IMG/VR virus record: IMGVR_UViG_3300037190_000626
Location: 1 to 64,000 of that record
Origin: a virus
Length of the DNA: 64,000 nt
Strand: one strand, 5' to 3'
Position 1 is the first letter of the stretch. Each line of letters opens with the position of its first letter. The notes beneath the pieces are model-generated. The model was not told the DNA's origin. It searched no databases and worked only from the letters and a program-made list of their open reading frames with translations. This document shows positions 60,009-64,000 of this stretch, piece by piece. The translations under genes and the position numbers were made by a program.

Positions 60009-60532
60009 TGGCCAGACCGCGATATGAGAATTCTTCCACCTTACAGGAGGAAGTTAAATTCTTCAGTGATCTTCGACGCCTAGACGATTACGCGGAGTAC
60101 AGGTTTCAAAAACTACCACTTAGCTACCGATTGGAATGCGCCATCGAAGATAAGTCGAACGGTGATATCATCGGCTTCTGTGAGTTTAAGCGGCGAACTA
60201 ATCGCCGTGGCCAGTACCCGACGCTTTTGCTTAGCTTACATAAATATGCGGATCTTTGTGACTATGCCAAGTTCGGTGAGTCTTTCTTGTTTGTTCGCTG
60301 GGAAGACTTTGACGGGGTCTACCACGTCAACGAGCATGCAGATTCTGTTACGGATTACAAAATTGCGTGGGGTGGCCGTCGAGACCGCGATGACTGGCAA
60401 GATATGGAACCGACTATACACCTTCCGATAGAGCATTTTGAGGTAGTGAACACCGAACGTACCCCTTTGTCTCCTCAGCAGATTAAATCTGTTAACGATA
60501 AGTGGAAGTCCGGAGAGGGGTGGAGGGTATAA
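60008..60532 (+). CDS. PD-(D/E)XK nuclease-like protein
   Basis: KLP.SY.LE...GFCEFKRR...LLSLHK...VRWED...GGR.DR.D.QD.EP. Confidence 0.65.
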   Translation: MARPRYENSSTLQEEVKFFSDLRRLDDYAEYRFQKLPLSYRLECAIEDKSNGDIIGFCEFKRRTNRRGQYPTLLLSLHKYADLCDYAKFGESFLFVRWEDFDGVYHVNEHADSVTDYKIAWGGRRDRDDWQDMEPTIHLPIEHFEVVNTERTPLSPQQIKSVNDKWKSGEGWRV

Positions 60533-60564
60533 CTGAGGAGTCTAATAGACTCGAAGGAACGAGT

Positions 60565-61575
60565 ATGATAATTAACGAATGGGAGTCATCTTTTACGAAA
60601 AAATACGGCCACATCTTTCCTGACACGTACCTGTGTATTGATACAGAGTACACGGGAGGGAACGAGCGAGAAGATTTAATCGTAGAAATTGGCCACGTGA
60701 TGGTACAGGACGGCAACGTTATTGACCGTATGAATATTGTGCTGGATTGGACTACGCACAAGGATGTCAGCTCTGCGTTCTTACGTTATAAATTAGATAA
60801 CATTCGATCGCATATGGGGAGTGACTGGCGTGTTACGTGGGAAGTTATGCAGGAAGAAGGGGTATCACCCGTTAAAGCTTTCAGATTTTATGACAAGTTG
60901 TTTAGTACGTGGCACGCAAGGGATTTGCCTTACGTGGCACACAACGGGAGGTCGGCAGAAGAACGGATGTTGCGGGGAAACTTTAACCGCTTCATCAATA
61001 AACCGTTTGTCATGCAAGCTAACCAGCTGTGGGATACGGGGGCTATTTTTAAAGCAACCCAGTTGTTTGAATCTTCAAGTGAGTCGCACCGGTGGAAAGC
61101 AATTCCCGATAGTTCTGACAGTCTCAAGTCTTATTTTGATCGCGTTATAGGTGCGAGAATTAAAGGACTTCGTTGGAATTTAAAGTATTGCCTTGAGCAC
61201 TACAGTTTAATGGGTAAATTGGAGGATACGCACCGTTTCCATCAGGCGGATTATGATGCATACTGTTCTCACTTGTTGATGCAAGAATATAAGTCAAGAA
61301 TTACACGGAATAATTCAGGAGAAAACGCGGTTGAAAGTTCGGAGACTTTTGAGCGCATGTTCGAGGAGGAGATGGCAGAGGTAATAGTTTCTGAGGAAGA
61401 GGATATCCTGTCTAAGATAGTGGAAGAGGCCCCCAGACAGCCCTTACCTTCTTCCCCTAAGCCGGTAAAAGTAGAGGTACCTATACCGGCGGCGGTAAAC
61501 GTGGAACCAGAGACACTGAAGCAATCGCGACCTCAGCCCCGTCGGGGCAGAAAAAGAGGACAAAGAGTAATATGA
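60565..61575 (+). CDS. DEDDh 3'-5' exonuclease
   Basis: IDTEYTG, VEIG, VAHNG, WDT, FHQADYDA. Confidence 0.8.
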   Translation: MIINEWESSFTKKYGHIFPDTYLCIDTEYTGGNEREDLIVEIGHVMVQDGNVIDRMNIVLDWTTHKDVSSAFLRYKLDNIRSHMGSDWRVTWEVMQEEGVSPVKAFRFYDKLFSTWHARDLPYVAHNGRSAEERMLRGNFNRFINKPFVMQANQLWDTGAIFKATQLFESSSESHRWKAIPDSSDSLKSYFDRVIGARIKGLRWNLKYCLEHYSLMGKLEDTHRFHQADYDAYCSHLLMQEYKSRITRNNSGENAVESSETFERMFEEEMAEVIVSEEEDILSKIVEEAPRQPLPSSPKPVKVEVPIPAAVNVEPETLKQSRPQPRRGRKRGQRVI

Positions 61576-62144
61576 GTCATGACGACGTACTAGAAGAAGT
61601 AAGTAATTTTATGGGTAGCATTCCCCCACGGGGGAATGGCGCCTCTATTTTTTTAGGTATTGACCCCGGGGCTACGGGAGCCATTGCTTTTTTGCACCCT
61701 ACGGGGAATGAGAAAGCAATTGCGATAGACATCCCCACGACGAAGGTGGTCACTAAGAAGAAAGGCAAACCGAGTTATCGCACCCAGACGGACTTGGGTG
61801 CGTTGTGGGATATTTTTAAGTCGTTCGAGAGCAATTTTGGCCGATTACATGTGGTGATCGAACAGCAACAGCCTATCCCCCGTGACACTGCCTTAACGGG
61901 TTTCACCGTGGGCCGTAATTTTGGGATGTGGCCTCTGTTCTTGTATAGTCACGGTATTTCGCATGAGACTGTTCGCCCAGTAGCTTGGAAAAAGCAAATG
62001 GGTTTGATACGTAAGGATAAGGAGGCGGCTAGGCTTAAGGCCCAGAAGATGTTTCCGGGCGCCTCCTTGAGTCGTAAGAAAGATCATAACCGGGCGGAAG
62101 CTTTGCTTATTGCAGAGTGCGTACGTTCAAGGAGTATAGAGTAA
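61572..62144 (+). CDS. RuvC-like Holliday junction resolvase
   Basis: LGIDPGATGAIA, VVIE, P..WKK, DHNRAEALLIA. Confidence 0.85.
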   Translation: MSHDDVLEEVSNFMGSIPPRGNGASIFLGIDPGATGAIAFLHPTGNEKAIAIDIPTTKVVTKKKGKPSYRTQTDLGALWDIFKSFESNFGRLHVVIEQQQPIPRDTALTGFTVGRNFGMWPLFLYSHGISHETVRPVAWKKQMGLIRKDKEAARLKAQKMFPGASLSRKKDHNRAEALLIAECVRSRSIE

Positions 62145-63286
62145 TGGTTGAACACCCGCAGGACGATGAGTCCACCGAAGACATCGTCGAGCAGGCGAAG
62201 CAAGATTCAGTTGTGAATTCAGAAATCACGAAGGAACAACAAGAACATATGGATCGCTGGCAGGCCTTGTCAGAGAAGGCACAAGAGTTGCTTATCTCCG
62301 AGGAGGGTTTACGGCAGGTGGTGGGGGCGATGCTGGCTTCCCGCCAGTTGTATGCCATGGCACTGACCGATATGGATGTTCGTGTAGATGGATTGGAGGT
62401 AGACGACGAGGATAAAGATCAGCTGCGGGAGATTTTTATATCTGCTTCGGCTACGCAGGCGGCTAATCCGTTTGACGAGAATGAGCTTTTCCGGGGCATG
62501 GAAGAAACAGTGATGCCTTGGATGAAAAGTGTAGCCAAGGAGCACACACTTCTGGAAGAGCGTACTAGGCGAGAAGAAATTCAGAACGCGGAACAGGAGC
62601 GACGCGGGAAAAATGTCAAGGTAGGCGTGGAATATACACAACCTGATGAGGCACAGGCGACGTTGTCCGACGAACTTAATCGAACGCGGACGTTGGTATT
62701 GGTTGGGTGGCGTCCTGCTGTCTTGTGGGTCATTAATCATATGTTGGAGTACGTGACTTCTCAGGAGGCCTTTGCGACTTCGCTGGCTCCCAAGCAGACC
62801 GTTGTTTTGACTAGGAGAGGCGGCGGACACAGCGATCCCCGTATTATGACTATCGGGGAAAAAGGCTGGGAGAATTGCGCTAAGAGTAATGACGGGTGGA
62901 AGCGTACTTTTCAGGAGATGTATCTGGACAAGTTGAAAGACCCTGTGGACTTGTTTGTTGTTACTGATCTAGCGCATGCCCGTGAGGGTCACAGTTTCCA
63001 GTCACCCACGGCAAAAGCGTCAGAAGCACAAAAGAAGTTACGGAAGTGGGCAACGGTTATGGGCGCTGCTTTTGTGGGGGCCGTCTTATTGGACGGGGAG
63101 AAGCTTCCGGATTTTAATACTCCTATCTGGGAGCAGCTTCGTTTGTTCACATATTTACGCGGAGTGGGTGTGGAAGTGCGAGAGGATGGCGATTATGACA
63201 TCATCGTCGGCAGACATACTCGCATCGAGGGGGTTTCAAAAGAGGAAGTTGATGCCTTTTCGTCTAGCGACATTATCACACCGTAA
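62144..63286 (+). CDS. hypothetical protein
   Basis: About 380 aa ORF in the same operon. Confidence 0.55.
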   Translation: MVEHPQDDESTEDIVEQAKQDSVVNSEITKEQQEHMDRWQALSEKAQELLISEEGLRQVVGAMLASRQLYAMALTDMDVRVDGLEVDDEDKDQLREIFISASATQAANPFDENELFRGMEETVMPWMKSVAKEHTLLEERTRREEIQNAEQERRGKNVKVGVEYTQPDEAQATLSDELNRTRTLVLVGWRPAVLWVINHMLEYVTSQEAFATSLAPKQTVVLTRRGGGHSDPRIMTIGEKGWENCAKSNDGWKRTFQEMYLDKLKDPVDLFVVTDLAHAREGHSFQSPTAKASEAQKKLRKWATVMGAAFVGAVLLDGEKLPDFNTPIWEQLRLFTYLRGVGVEVREDGDYDIIVGRHTRIEGVSKEEVDAFSSSDIITP

Positions 63287-63301
63287 AGAAGGATATAATT
63301 T

Positions 63302-63886
63302 ATGAAATCTAGTATTGAGATTGTGGTTGGTTATTCGCTGGCACCGAGGGAGGTGAAGCCGGGGTCGACGGCGAAGAAGACGGCGGGGGAGAAATCTTTA
63401 GGTTTATCTCCTTACGTTAGTCAAGTGGCAGATGTCCATATGATCATCCCGGCGATTGAGAAAGCTATAACTTATCGTACAGCTAGTCGCGGGGAGGAAA
63501 GTGGCAAGTTGAGCGCACTGGGGGCCACGGCTTCTTTTATTAAGAAGCATTCCTACGACGTGGGTTTATCGCCCGTCTTCGTGGGCTTTGATATAAATGC
63601 TTTTCTGCGGTTTGTCGGTTTTGATTGCAGTTTGTCACATACATTTTTCCCGCACACCTACTGGGGAAGTACGGATCACTCCGCTGAACTTCACGATTAT
63701 TTGGGTGTACGATCGGCGACGGATGTGAAATCTGCTTTAAGCTACTTCTCTAGTGGGTTTAGCGGTGAAGACCTAGAGAAGTACATTGAGCTAGTGAAGG
63801 GGTGGGAGAGTCATACAGACGCTGAGCGGGATGCCCAGTTGGCGTTTTTGTTCGGCTCGATTTTTTGGTTATGGTCTACTCCTTAG
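63302..63886 (+). CDS. hypothetical protein, possibly a degenerate exonuclease fold
   Basis: AAGGA SD; FVGFDI...FL...H..AE.DA resembles DEDD motifs without the first catalytic D/E. Confidence 0.4.
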   Translation: MKSSIEIVVGYSLAPREVKPGSTAKKTAGEKSLGLSPYVSQVADVHMIIPAIEKAITYRTASRGEESGKLSALGATASFIKKHSYDVGLSPVFVGFDINAFLRFVGFDCSLSHTFFPHTYWGSTDHSAELHDYLGVRSATDVKSALSYFSSGFSGEDLEKYIELVKGWESHTDAERDAQLAFLFGSIFWLWSTP

Positions 63887-64000
63887 AGGTTGCAGTATGG
63901 CGGATCATGTAGGTGGACCACCGGAAAGTAAATTTGTAAAGTTTACGCCTTACAAGGTCAATGTACGTCCAGTGGAGTTTGGAGGGACGCCCCCTTCGTT

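Noticed and set aside
1-64000. tRNA/rRNA genes, introns or inteins, alternative genetic code
   Set aside because: No cloverleaf or rRNA-like stretch noticed, core genes are uninterrupted at expected lengths, and standard code gives dense ORFs ending in all three stops. tRNAscan-SE would be needed to exclude tRNAs formally.

Overview
This 64 kb window is part of a large dsDNA tailed phage genome. Genes are dense and almost all on the + strand, and I saw no rRNA or tRNA. The host is possibly a Planctomycete (inference from several small genes). It carries a GpA-type terminase large subunit and a long run of small accessory genes. A full replication/recombination module spans about 37-62 kb: Mre11/Rad50, SF2 helicase, DnaB-like helicase, primase, family A polymerase fused to a UDG domain, Tmk, SSB-like protein, RecA, DEDD exonuclease and RuvC. 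The standout is at 27.9-31.0 kb. A stand-alone Cas7/RAMP-fold gene and a partner gene are followed by two non-coding G-rich arrays made of GGCAGTC-NN heads and strict 5-nt (GGY-NN)n modules; all 16 full units are 9+5n nt long. Reading only the variable NN dinucleotides as the first two bases of consecutive codons spells recognisable conserved motifs: IYALDGQHRV (DGQHR/DndB-like), KDYILTMLFVK (type I R-M HsdM), KYVVVEGNRR (ParB-like), VWRLD (serine recombinase), RWD/EEI (tyrosine integrase) and ARPGQGKS (Walker A). This points to an RNA-guided system with a gapped, wobble-skipping code aimed at host defence genes and competing mobile elements. The architecture matches my recollection of the recently reported VIPR-type systems, which should be verified. 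Also flagged are a second RAMP-like gene beside an IS110/Nop-like gene, a 32-bp inverted-repeat cassette, a recurrent 16-bp palindrome, an exact 31-bp dispersed repeat and a candidate +1 frameshift. All family calls come from motif recognition by eye; no database searches were run.
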